A DNA stretch of 64,000 nucleotides from an uncultured Nitrospiraceae bacterium (GTDB taxonomy: Bacteria > Nitrospirota > Thermodesulfovibrionia > Thermodesulfovibrionales > Dissulfurispiraceae). Positions 29,987 through 39,574 of this stretch are shown in pieces; positions within the stretch are counted from its first letter, which is position 1, and each line of letters starts with the position of its first letter. Position numbers and translations under genes: made by a program. Below the pieces are notes generated by a model. That model was given only the letters and a program-made list of their open reading frames with translations, was not told where the DNA came from and ran no database searches. The stretch covers positions 960,001 to 1,024,000 of the forward strand of contig CAVSHF010000005.1 in the NCBI GenBank assembly GCA_963727805.1, written 5' to 3'.

Positions 29987-30370
29987 ATGCATGCGGACAT
30001 CGAAAAAGCCATTGAGCTTATTGATGAAAAAATTAAAGAATTGCGCCAAGCTAAACATGCTTTGTTTAATGCCTTTGGCAATAGTCAACAACAACCAGTC
30101 ACTGCAGAGGAACGCCCAACCTTAACAGTAACTAGAACATTCGGCAGAATGAATGCTGCACCGGGATCAAGAAAGGGGGAGGTTGTTAAGTTGCTTAAGG
30201 ATAGGGGGCCATTAACCCGCAGTGAAATTAGAGATGGTGTAAGCTTTCCTGAAGGGACCATTTCCTATGTTTTGACGGATGCTACATTATTCGCAAACAA
30301 AGATGGAAAATGGTACTTAAAGGAGCAAATGGAAAAGCAGGGAGGAGATATCGAAGATGTTAAAAGTTAG
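29987..30370 (+). CDS. Coiled-coil plus winged-helix-like passenger protein
   Basis: IEKAIELIDEKIKELRQAK; VVKLLKDRGPLTRSEI...GTISYVL...DGKWYL; upstream TTGACA-N18-TATTAT. Confidence 0.6.
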   Translation: MHADIEKAIELIDEKIKELRQAKHALFNAFGNSQQQPVTAEERPTLTVTRTFGRMNAAPGSRKGEVVKLLKDRGPLTRSEIRDGVSFPEGTISYVLTDATLFANKDGKWYLKEQMEKQGGDIEDVKS

Positions 30371-30561
30371 AGGCGTATAGGTAGCACTATACGCCTCTGA
30401 TAGGGTGCCCTTTGAGCAGGGCTAAGACTCTTTCTAGTTTTAGTCTAGCATATTTCCTGCTCAAAATCCATAGGGGCACTAAATACGGGAGGTGCGCCAT
30501 GAGGCGTCCACCCAGGAAAAAGGAAGAAATAGTGAGGCCAAGACCAAAGCCAAAGCCGGTC

Positions 30562-30730
30562 TTAGTGCTCAGGTTGTAATCTTCCTGTCTTCTTTAAAAG
30601 AGGGGACTGCTTTTCAGCAGTCCCTTTCTTTTTCTTTACTGGTGGCACGTCTAAGAGTGCTGATACGATCCTATCGAAATCCTGATTCTCTATTTGTTCT
30701 TTAGCCTTTTCTTTTTTTTCTTTAGTCATA
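30562..30730 (-). CDS. Small basic protein immediately downstream of the transposase
   Basis: MTKEKKEK...DFDRIVSALLDVPP abutting the transposase stop. Confidence 0.4.
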
Positions 30731-31633
30731 TTAGTCCCGGTAGTAAAGCCTCTTACCTTCAATGCCCTTCAATGCTGCATCTGTTCTTACGCTATCGCTT
30801 ACTTTTCTATAATTATATCTAAAATCAAATTCAGTTGTGTATTTCTGTAAGTGTTGCTCACCAACATGATGGAAGGTTCCAACTAGTCCGCGCTTCAATA
30901 AGCTGAAATAATTTTCCGCTGTATTAATATGCGCTATCCCCTTTACATATTGCTTATGGCTATGAAAAACCTTGCCGTGATCGGCAAATTCTGTTCCAAC
31001 TTTGTTATAGCTTTTATGCTCATCGGTCATTAAATGTGATTCCTTATTTATTTGTTCAATTAGGATACTTCTTAATGTCTTTGCGGTTACGTTAGGTACA
31101 TGAAATGACCGTGCATCACCATTCCGTTCTACCAGTGTTAGGATTTTCATTTTATGATCTGCGCCACGTGCGCCTTTTTTCTGAGTGTCATTATTGCCCC
31201 AATACGTTTCATCGGCTTCTACGATTTTGCCCTTACCGCCGAGCTTATTGATAAATTCAGGGGACTTCATGGCTTCTCTAATTCTATGAGTCATGAACCA
31301 CGCGCTCTTGTATGTGATGCCAAGCATGCGGTGTAACTGGTGTGAGCTCATGCCTTTCTTAGAGGAGCAAATAAGATATGTCGCGTATAACCATTTATCA
31401 AGAGAGAGATGACTACCCTCAAACAGAGTGCCGACAGTTACAGTAAATTGCTTTCTACATTTGCCACACTTCAATACACCCTTTCTTGTGGCCTTACCTT
31501 CTAATCGATATATCTTTTCAGTATTTCCGCAATGAGGGCAAACAGGGCCATTAGGCCACCTGATAGATTCAAGATATTCCCTTGCTGCTTCTTCACTTTT
31601 AAAATGATCTGCTAATAAATTTGATGTTCCCAT
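30731..31633 (-). CDS. IS1595-family transposase
   Basis: Zn ribbon CPHC...CGKC, VEADETY, LMTDE, HINTAENYF. Confidence 0.95.
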   Translation of the reverse strand: MGTSNLLADHFKSEEAAREYLESIRWPNGPVCPHCGNTEKIYRLEGKATRKGVLKCGKCRKQFTVTVGTLFEGSHLSLDKWLYATYLICSSKKGMSSHQLHRMLGITYKSAWFMTHRIREAMKSPEFINKLGGKGKIVEADETYWGNNDTQKKGARGADHKMKILTLVERNGDARSFHVPNVTAKTLRSILIEQINKESHLMTDEHKSYNKVGTEFADHGKVFHSHKQYVKGIAHINTAENYFSLLKRGLVGTFHHVGEQHLQKYTTEFDFRYNYRKVSDSVRTDAALKGIEGKRLYYRD

Positions 31634-31657
31634 TTTTTATTCCCTCCTGATACTATA

Positions 31658-31686
31658 ATTGTATCAGATATAAATGGGTTTGTCAA
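31658..31686 (-). promoter_or_regulatory. Sigma70 promoter for the IS1595 transposase, overlapping the IR
   Basis: TTGACA-N17-TACAAT on the minus strand. Confidence 0.7.
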
Positions 31687-31737
31687 GTATATAATTGCGT
31701 AATTTAAAGCTAACTCATTGATTAATATACATCAAGA

Positions 31738-31829
31738 TGGCGGAGGGGGTGAGATTCGAACTCACGGTAAGGGTCGCCCCCTACAACGGTTTTCAAGACC
31801 GCCGCTTTCAACCGCTCAGCCACCCCTCC
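31738..31829 (-). tRNA. tRNA-Ser(TGA)
   Basis: GGAGGGG acceptor stem, CTTGAAA anticodon loop, long variable arm, TTCGAAT, encoded CCA. Confidence 0.96.
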
Positions 31830-32180
31830 ATTCGCAGAAATATTATCGTACCAAACTCGTGTTACAAATTTCTACTTGAAGTACCGGTTTACTGTATCGG
31901 GCAATACACCCATCATCATGAAAAATCTATAGATATCAGATGAATCCCTAACTCTGTACTTAAGCCGGAGAGTTGGGGTCGGCTTTGATCAAAACCCTGT
32001 CGAATGCTTCTGTGGCGTGCTTGGGGGCAAACAAATACAACCATCTGCCCCTCTATTGTAACGAGAAATTGATGGATTATTGACGAAATAAAAGCGTGAG
32101 CCGGTTTTGATATAATACAATAGAATTTACGAGAACGAATCAATCGTCCCGCAACGCTCTGCATATGATTCAAAAAAAAG

Positions 32181-32372
32181 CTATCTCGCTTTAAATCTGA
32201 AAGACTTGGCCTTTCTCTTGCGCGCCTCTGCCTGCTTCCTTTTTTTCTTCACGGAGGGTTTTTCGTAAAATTTCCTCTTTTTGATCTCCCTGAAGAGGCC
32301 CTCTTTCTGGAGCCTAGTTTTCAGCGTTTTTAAGGCCCTTTCAACGTCGTTCCCCTGTACTTTTATCTCCAA
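32181..32372 (-). CDS. rpsU: 30S ribosomal protein S21
   Basis: VERALK...FYEKPSVKKKRK. Confidence 0.93.
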   Translation of the reverse strand: MEIKVQGNDVERALKTLKTRLQKEGLFREIKKRKFYEKPSVKKKRKQAEARKRKAKSFRFKAR

Positions 32373-32378
32373 GAAATA

Positions 32379-32750
32379 TTATCTCCTTCCTCTTTCGGGC
32401 CTTCTCCCACCACCAAAGCCTCCACCACCGCCACCGCCAGGCCGCCTTGCGCCTCCGAACCCGCCGCCGCCACCTCTGTTACCAAAACCTTTGTCCCTCG
32501 GCTGCTGTGGCCTTGCTTCGGACACTGACAAGGTTCTTTCCATAAAGGATTTACCGTTAAGCGCCTCTATCGCCTTGTTCGCTTCATCGGCTGATGGCAT
32601 TTCGACAAAGCCGAAACCCCGTGCCCTTCCTGTCTGCGGATCGGTAATCAGCTTTACCGATTCAATCTCTCCATATGGCGAGAAAAGACCCCTAATGTCA
32701 TCCTCTGTCGCATTGAAAGAGATATTCCCGACATAAATCTTAGTGCTCAT
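32379..32750 (-). CDS. RRM RNA-binding protein with Gly-rich tail
   Basis: RNP2 KIYVGNI, RNP1 RGFGFVEM. Confidence 0.93.
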   Translation of the reverse strand: MSTKIYVGNISFNATEDDIRGLFSPYGEIESVKLITDPQTGRARGFGFVEMPSADEANKAIEALNGKSFMERTLSVSEARPQQPRDKGFGNRGGGGGFGGARRPGGGGGGGFGGGRRPERGRR

Positions 32751-33113
32751 AGCCTACCTCCAATAAAAAATCCCCAGGGGCTTTATCAAGTCTCTGGGGT
32801 CCCTAAGCTTTGAAAAGCTTGTTGTAGTATATATGAAACGAATTCCAAATGTATACAAGGAATTTGGCTGACAAGAGCGAGCGAAAGCTCAGAATTGCCT
32901 CGCTGAGAGGGGAGTCGATGTCAAAAAGCTGTTTTGAATTTTCTGCTCTCCTCACGTGCCAAGGAGGGACAAAACTTCCGCTTTCTCGTATAACTAATCT
33001 ATTCACACTTCTATTCACAAAGGGTAGAGAGGACATTGGTGACAGCAAGCAAATATTCACACCTCTTCGCCTGCATTTTCGTAGTAAGGATCGTAAAAAT
33101 CAGATCGGGGTCG

Positions 33114-34379
33114 TCAAAATCTGTACGTCAGGCTCAGAGCGATCATGTGTACCTGTGAATTGTAAGACCCATTGGCGGAAAGGTCAGGATTACTGGTAAC
33201 GGGATCAGTAATAGTATTATTCTTGGTCCTCTTAGCAAATATCTGATAGCCATATCCTAGGTCGATGTTCAGCGATTTAAGCTTGATGTCGGCGCCAATG
33301 GAGATGTAATGACTGTTTGAGTCGGGGATGGCGGGCTCGAATGTCTGATTGGGCACGGCGTTTCCCGAATACTGATATCCTGCGAGCAATGCCACTGTAT
33401 TATTAATATGATATTTAAGCCCTATCATCCCCGCCCATGTGTCGTGCCAGTTTCGTGCGGTGATTGAGGCAGTGCTTCCCGCCACAGGCTGATCAAGCTG
33501 TACATTAAGTTCCTTGAATGTTGCCCATCCTTCCCATCTAGTTGCAATCTCAAACGTGAAAGGATAGAGTTGTTTAAAGAAAATGCCCGCGTATGCCTGT
33601 GGCGGCAAATCAATTGAGGTCCTGGCACTAGTATTCGGGAAAAGAGCCGCTAGCCCCGGACTAGGTAGCCCGAAGGTCACATCGCCGCTGATTGGCACGT
33701 GAATCCTGCTGCGATACGAAAGCCCGACGGCAATGTCCTTTGAAGGTTCTATCAGAAGCCCAAGATTACCTCCGTAGCCATCGCCAGTCCCATGGAGCTT
33801 CTGAGTCCCATCGGGAAGACTCAAGGGAGAGAAATTGACATTACGCTCAAAGGTGGCGTCAAGAGTCAGATAGCTAATACCTCCCGCTACTGTAATCCAA
33901 GGGGCCAGGTTGATAGAAGCAACAGGATTAAAGGCAAAAGTCGTCATCTTCGACTTCGTGGCGATGTAGCGACCCTCCCAATTCTTAGGCCAAGTAGTAC
34001 CGAGCCCGAAGGGATAGAATACCCCAAGCCCGATGCTGAAACGGTCGCTCACAGCATGCGTGATATAAAAAGATGATGGGTAGAACACTTCACTCTCAGT
34101 CTTTGTCTTTTGGCCTGTCAGCATGCTCTTAAATTCACGGATAGGGAAAATGAGGGTAGTGCCTGCCTGGATTTGGGTGCCTGGGATTTGATTGATAAGG
34201 GCTGGATTGTAAAAGATTACTGAAGGGTCAGCTCCATGCGCAATGGTAGCATCTGCTTGATCGAATGTCCGTCCTCCCTGAGCAAAAACTGCAAAACCGG
34301 CAGCGTGCGAATCGACAGTGGAAAAAGAACAGGAAAGTAATGATAGAATCCCTGCTACAAAAATATTAATCTTTCTCAT
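33114..34379 (-). CDS. OmpP1/FadL outer-membrane transporter
   Basis: Signal peptide, YNPA, PFGLGT, PDS, terminal LTYRF. Confidence 0.88.
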   Translation of the reverse strand: MRKINIFVAGILSLLSCSFSTVDSHAAGFAVFAQGGRTFDQADATIAHGADPSVIFYNPALINQIPGTQIQAGTTLIFPIREFKSMLTGQKTKTESEVFYPSSFYITHAVSDRFSIGLGVFYPFGLGTTWPKNWEGRYIATKSKMTTFAFNPVASINLAPWITVAGGISYLTLDATFERNVNFSPLSLPDGTQKLHGTGDGYGGNLGLLIEPSKDIAVGLSYRSRIHVPISGDVTFGLPSPGLAALFPNTSARTSIDLPPQAYAGIFFKQLYPFTFEIATRWEGWATFKELNVQLDQPVAGSTASITARNWHDTWAGMIGLKYHINNTVALLAGYQYSGNAVPNQTFEPAIPDSNSHYISIGADIKLKSLNIDLGYGYQIFAKRTKNNTITDPVTSNPDLSANGSYNSQVHMIALSLTYRF

Positions 34380-34445
34380 GGCTGTCCCCCGGTAAGCCAG
34401 ATCTTACAAAGTGCGCTAAGGCATGCAACATTAGAATTGTTCTAT

Positions 34446-35770
34446 CATTAGTGTCCGGTTAAAAATGAATAAGCAGCCCATAAGCATATGATTAACAATC
34501 GCAATCTGAGCAAAAAAGGTGGTGTCGATTTGAAATTGCATCTGCATATCAGTGATGGTTTCGGAACATGTTGTTCCGGAGGCACCAATGAATACAGGCA
34601 AGACCCTTTTTGCTCAGATTATGGACGTTCTCCCGTGGAGCACTTTTCATCGTATTGTTCAGAAATACAGCGGCGACCATCGTGTGCGCTGTCTTCGTTG
34701 TGCCGAGCAATTTCGAATAATGGCTTTTGCGCAACTTACTTATCGGGAGAGTCTCCGCGATATCGAAGCCTGTTTGTCGGCTCAAGCTGCAAAACTTTAT
34801 CACATGGGCCTTCGAGGACCAGTCAGTCGCTCGACCCTGGCCGATGCCAACGAATCTCGCGATTGGCGCATTTACGCAGACTTCGCTCAACGGCTGATCG
34901 GTCAAGCAAGAAAGCTCTATGCCGGAGAGAGCTTCGGTGTGGATATCTCCAATACCGCCTACGCTCTGGATTCTACGACCATAGACCTCTGCCTGTCGAT
35001 GTTTCCTTGGGCTCCTTTTCGGACTGCCAAGGCTGCCGTAAAAGTTCATACGCTGATGGACCTCAGGGGTTCTATCCCAAGCTTTATTCATATCTCCGAT
35101 GGCAAGCTTCACGATATCAATGTTCTGGACCTGCTTATTCCAGAAGCCGGGGCCTTCTATGTGATGGATCGAGCATATCTCGACTTCGAGCGTCTGTATG
35201 TCCTGCATCAGGCCGGCAGCTTTTTTGTTACCCGAGCCAAATCCAATCTGAATGCCAGAAGACTTTATTCCGCCTCTGCAGATCGAACTACAGGCGTGAT
35301 CTGCGATCAGACCATCGCCATGAATGGTTATTACAGCAGCAGACACTTTCCGGGCCATCTGCGCCGCATCCGTTTCAAAGACGCGGAGTCCGGCAAAACA
35401 TTGCTGTTTCTCACCAATCACCATACCTTGCCAGCATTGACCATATGCTCACTATACAAGAGCCGCTGGCAGATCGAACTGTTCTTCAAATGGATCAAGC
35501 AACATCTTCGCATAAAGCGTTTCTACGGCATTTCAGAAAATGCCGTCAAATCCCAAATCTGGATCGCTGTTTCCGTTTATGTTCTTATCGCTATCATCAA
35601 GAAAAGGCTCAATCTCGATGTTTCGCTCTATACGTTGTTACAGATCCTATCGGTCACCATCTTCGAGAAAATGCCCTTGCAGCAAGCGTTTCAGGAAAAT
35701 GGCACAGCATTAAATGCTATGGTAAATCGTAACCAATTGAATCTATATGATTCTTAACCGGACACTAGTG
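34446..35770 (+). mobile_element. IS4-family element
   Basis: IRs CA(T/C)TAGTGTCCGGTTAA; imperfect 9-bp duplication TTGTTCTAT / TTGTTATAT. Confidence 0.92.
34588..35757 (+). CDS. IS4 transposase (DUF4372 + DDE)
   Basis: ALDSTTID, VMDRAY, YKSRWQIELFFKWIKQHL. Confidence 0.95.
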   Translation: MNTGKTLFAQIMDVLPWSTFHRIVQKYSGDHRVRCLRCAEQFRIMAFAQLTYRESLRDIEACLSAQAAKLYHMGLRGPVSRSTLADANESRDWRIYADFAQRLIGQARKLYAGESFGVDISNTAYALDSTTIDLCLSMFPWAPFRTAKAAVKVHTLMDLRGSIPSFIHISDGKLHDINVLDLLIPEAGAFYVMDRAYLDFERLYVLHQAGSFFVTRAKSNLNARRLYSASADRTTGVICDQTIAMNGYYSSRHFPGHLRRIRFKDAESGKTLLFLTNHHTLPALTICSLYKSRWQIELFFKWIKQHLRIKRFYGISENAVKSQIWIAVSVYVLIAIIKKRLNLDVSLYTLLQILSVTIFEKMPLQQAFQENGTALNAMVNRNQLNLYDS

Positions 35771-35878
35771 TTGTTATATATAAGCAAATACACAGTCTGT
35801 CAGTCAAAAAAAGTCACCCATAAGGTATAAACTGAATTATAATTACAGGTGAGAAGCATTGTCTATAATCTCCTGACT

Positions 35879-36290
35879 ATGAAAAAACTTCTGCTTATAA
35901 ATCATGTCGCTCGGAGGACTGTATGCCATTTAAACAAGATTTGAACTTTTCTACATTTGAGTCTTGTCTAAATGCGGCAACCCATACCCACTGACAGGTT
36001 AAGATTCTCGATGAGAACTTCAACATCGTCACCCTTGAACACGCTGGCCTGGTGGGCATAGTAGCTTCTGCGAGCAAGGTAAATAGGGCCTATGACATGG
36101 CCGGATGGGTCAGGACCGAGGAATAAAGCTCGTCATGGGAGGCCCCTCCCGATGAAGCATTGCATTATGTCGTCTCGGGGAGTGATAGGCGAGACCGAAG
36201 GCATATGGGAGCAGTCATCAGTGACTTCGAGCATAAACACCTTGCCGCAAAATGTGAGGGACGAAGGATCAAACTCCGAGCAGCTGCGCT
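35879..36290 (+). pseudogene. B12-binding N-terminal part of a radical SAM protein, decayed
   Basis: MKKLLLIN, VKILDEN, LVGI...NRAYDMA, PDEAL and VIGETEGIW across stops and frameshifts. Confidence 0.6.
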
Positions 36291-36545
36291 AGTGCTTCTG
36301 ATGATACCTCAATTCCCGGAACGGATGATCTCTCCCGAGATCTTAGATGTGATTTGAGGAAAACACGCTCCAAGTGCGTGTGTGACTTGATCTGATATAC
36401 CGGAAACAGGTCTCGAAAAGACTACGTTTGCGCTACTGCATCTAGCATTTTTTAGGTCAATTGTTGCGCGATGTCAATACATTTCTCCATAAAGCGGATA
36501 GCGTGTCTATTATATTCTTTTGTTGTGCGTTGAAGTATCGGCAAC

Positions 36546-37172
36546 TCAGTTAATCATACGTGCAAAAGGGTTCTCTCTTTTTTCCCTGCCGATAGTTGAA
36601 GAAGGGCCGTGGCCGCAGAGGACCGCGGTTCCTTCCGGTAAGGACATCAGCCAACCAAGGGACTTGCGTATAGCCCGGTCATCCCCTCCGGGCAGGTCTG
36701 TCCTACCGATCGATCCTGCGAAGAGGGTATCCCCGGTGATGGCGATCCCCTCACCGTAAAGAACGATGCCGCCCGGACTGTGGCCGGGAGATTGATTAAT
36801 GGTAAAGCTTAAAGTTCCCACTACAATGTTATCCCCCTCCGTGATGAACACATCTGGTGCAGGCTGTGGCTCAAGGTCTAACCCGAAAAAGTGAGCCAAC
36901 TCAGCTGCCGAGTCATAAATTTCAAGATCGCCCTGATGCAGAACAACCTTTGCACCGGTCTCTTTTTTAATATCTGCAACAGCGCCGACGTGGTCGAAAT
37001 GGCCATGGGTACAGATGATGTACTCAACGGTCAGATTCTTCTTCCTGACCGCGTCAAGGATCATATCAGGCTCATCGCCTGGGTCTATAATCATCGCCTT
37101 ACCCGTCATCTCGTCGCCGATGATATGGCAGTTTACTTGAAGCGGCCCGACAACTATGGTCTTAACAATCAT
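36546..37172 (-). CDS. MBL-fold metallo-hydrolase (glyoxalase II-like)
   Basis: THGHFDH, PGHSPG, GDTLF, GHG. Confidence 0.92.
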   Translation of the reverse strand: MIVKTIVVGPLQVNCHIIGDEMTGKAMIIDPGDEPDMILDAVRKKNLTVEYIICTHGHFDHVGAVADIKKETGAKVVLHQGDLEIYDSAAELAHFFGLDLEPQPAPDVFITEGDNIVVGTLSFTINQSPGHSPGGIVLYGEGIAITGDTLFAGSIGRTDLPGGDDRAIRKSLGWLMSLPEGTAVLCGHGPSSTIGREKRENPFARMIN

Positions 37173-37173
37173 G

Positions 37174-38805
37174 CTATTCCTCCTGTATATTTTTTATTCT
37201 ATTCGGCGGTCGTTTGCGTATTTTCTCCTTAATCTTTTTAACAAGGTAATCCATTTCTTCGTTCTTAAGCAGATAGGAAGTAAAAGAGTATATCCCCAGG
37301 CATCCGAAAATGACCGCCGTCAGTAGTGTCGCTTTCTGAGCGATGTGACCACCTGAGGTCCAGTGCCCCCCCTGGGTAGCAAACCACCCACAGCCGCCCA
37401 TCACTGCCGCTGCAGTCCCGGTTTTCATAAATGAAATAGAGATACGGCGCGTGCCAATCCCTCCAAGTTTTTTCCTCAGGAAATAGTAGAGCAGGATAAA
37501 ATTGAATGTAGCGGCGATCGAATTCGCGAATGCGAGTCCATTATACCTGAGCGGTCCCATCAGCGCTATACTGCAAAGTATGTTGAGCGCGACACCGCAA
37601 ACCATTATCTTGAATGGAGTCTTTGTATCCTGCATCGAATAGAACGTTGAATTTAGAATACGAACTCCTACCATCGCCCAGATGCCGAACGAATAATACA
37701 TCAGAGCGTCGGCAGTACTAACGGTCGCCGTATAGGTAAACTCACCGTGCTGAAAAAGGGCGCTCACGATCGGAAGTCTCAGCGCAATCAGCCCAACCAT
37801 TGCAGGCACAGTGATGAAGAAAAGCAATCGGAGCGCAAATGAAAAATCCTCCTTTAGCACCCCGAACTCCTTTTTTGCTGCATGTTCCGAGAGCGTCGGC
37901 AGTACCGCCATGCCCATTGCAACGCCGAAGATCCCAACTGGGAACTGGATAAGCCGCATGCTGTAGTAAAGATAACTAATGCTCCCGTCCGCCAGATAGG
38001 AGGCAAGGATAGTGCTGATAAAGATATTAATCTGATTGGCCGCAAGCACGGCAGTCATGGGAATGATCAACAGGCCGATGCGTTTTAGGCCGGGATGAAT
38101 CCCATTGTTGGGGCGAGGCGATGCTTCGCCCTTGCCGACACCTCCCGCAAAAGAGAATCCCTGCTTGAAAAAGGCTGGCATCTGAAAGAGAAACTGCACC
38201 AGCCCGCCGAGTGTTACGCCGATTGCAGCCGCAATTATGGGATTGGTGAATTGGCTAGCAAGCGCAACAATACAGACGATCGTGACAACATTAAGGATTG
38301 CGGGAGCCAATGCAGGGATGAAAAAGACTCCGCGTGTATTAAGTGCACCCATTACAATAGATGCGAGGCTAATGAAGAGCAGGAATGGGAACATAATGCG
38401 CGTAAGAACGACCGCTGAGGCAAATTTTGCTGAGCCCGGGTCCCAGCCTAATGCAATAACCTTTACAATAGCAGGTGCAAAAATGATACCGAGCGCACAG
38501 AGGGCACCCACAACAACAAGAAGAAAAAAGAATGTCACCCGCACGAGGCCATTCGCTTCATCATTGCCCTTTTTCGTCTGGTATTCGGTCAAGACCGGCA
38601 CAAAGGCTGATGACATCGATCCCTCGGCAAAGAGCTCACGGAGTAAGTTCGGAATACGAAATGCAACGAAAAATATGTCAGATGTACCGGTTGCTCCAAA
38701 GTAACGCGCAAGGATCATGTCCCTGATAAAACCGAGAATACGGCTGATAAAGGTGGCAATGGACATCAACCCCGCAGCCCTCGCTATTTTCCCTCTTGAA
38801 CTCAT
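37174..38805 (-). CDS. murJ: Lipid II flippase MurJ
   Basis: SRILGFIRD, FRIPNLLRELFAEG. Confidence 0.95.
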   Translation of the reverse strand: MSSRGKIARAAGLMSIATFISRILGFIRDMILARYFGATGTSDIFFVAFRIPNLLRELFAEGSMSSAFVPVLTEYQTKKGNDEANGLVRVTFFFLLVVVGALCALGIIFAPAIVKVIALGWDPGSAKFASAVVLTRIMFPFLLFISLASIVMGALNTRGVFFIPALAPAILNVVTIVCIVALASQFTNPIIAAAIGVTLGGLVQFLFQMPAFFKQGFSFAGGVGKGEASPRPNNGIHPGLKRIGLLIIPMTAVLAANQINIFISTILASYLADGSISYLYYSMRLIQFPVGIFGVAMGMAVLPTLSEHAAKKEFGVLKEDFSFALRLLFFITVPAMVGLIALRLPIVSALFQHGEFTYTATVSTADALMYYSFGIWAMVGVRILNSTFYSMQDTKTPFKIMVCGVALNILCSIALMGPLRYNGLAFANSIAATFNFILLYYFLRKKLGGIGTRRISISFMKTGTAAAVMGGCGWFATQGGHWTSGGHIAQKATLLTAVIFGCLGIYSFTSYLLKNEEMDYLVKKIKEKIRKRPPNRIKNIQEE

Positions 38806-38809
38806 CTCC

Positions 38810-39451
38810 TTATTTCCCCGATGCGCGGCGGTGGCGAAGGAATTCGGTAACGCTCGGCGCCAGCGAAATTATAATGATCGCGATTATCACAAGAGTGAGA
38901 TTCTTCTTCACAATCGGGATATTACCAAAGAAGTAACCACCAACAACGAAGGAGGTTATCCAGGCGATACAACCAGCAAGGTTGTAAAGGAGGAAGCGGC
39001 GATAGTTCATCCGACCAATTCCCGCGACAAAGGGAGCGAAGGTCCTTATGATGGGAAGGAACCTCGCGATAACGATGGCCTTTCCCCCATGCTTTTCATA
39101 GAAGGCATGGGTCCGTTCAAGATATTCCCTTTTGAGGAACCTCACGTCTTTCTCAAATACTTTCGGCCCGACAAAACGACCGATGTGATAATTGGCCATG
39201 TTGCCTGTGACAGCAGCCAAGCATAAAAGGACATAGATCAATACCGGATCGAGATCCCCCTTGGCAGCAAAAGCACCGACAACAAAGAGCAGCGAATCGC
39301 CTGGCAGTATCGGAGTGACGACAAGACCGGTTTCACAGAAGATCACAAGAAAAAGGATCACATAGGTTAGAGTTCCGAATTGCTGGATTATGGCACTAAG
39401 ATGTTTATCCAGATTCAGAAAAAGGTCGATAAAAGAGGCAAGCAGTTCCAT
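38810..39451 (-). CDS. dedA: DedA-family protein
   Basis: FCETGL...LPGDSLLF, ARFLPIIRTFAP. Confidence 0.92.
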   Translation of the reverse strand: MELLASFIDLFLNLDKHLSAIIQQFGTLTYVILFLVIFCETGLVVTPILPGDSLLFVVGAFAAKGDLDPVLIYVLLCLAAVTGNMANYHIGRFVGPKVFEKDVRFLKREYLERTHAFYEKHGGKAIVIARFLPIIRTFAPFVAGIGRMNYRRFLLYNLAGCIAWITSFVVGGYFFGNIPIVKKNLTLVIIAIIIISLAPSVTEFLRHRRASGK

Positions 39452-39574
39452 TCCGCTCCTTAACATTGAGATCAATAATTATAGCCCAAAATGAAACGAC
39501 AATGTTATCACGGATGTGCTAAGATGAAATTATGGAGGCGCAAGCAATCCAATCTGCCTTCGGAATGGCGGGGC

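Larger units (their letters stand above)
29075..31699 (-). mobile_element. IS1595-family element with passenger genes
   Basis: 25-bp IRs CGGAATTGTATATTTGGAAAACCCA / CGCAATTATATACTTGACAAACCCA (20/25); 8-bp duplication TAATTTAA (29067-29074, 31700-31707). Confidence 0.92.

Noticed and set aside
31737..31943. ORF MAEGVRFELT...
   Set aside because: Antisense reading of tRNA-Ser.
34488..35732. 414-aa alternative-frame ORF and 291-aa antisense ORF in IS4
   Set aside because: They overlap the bona fide transposase and show no recognisable motifs.
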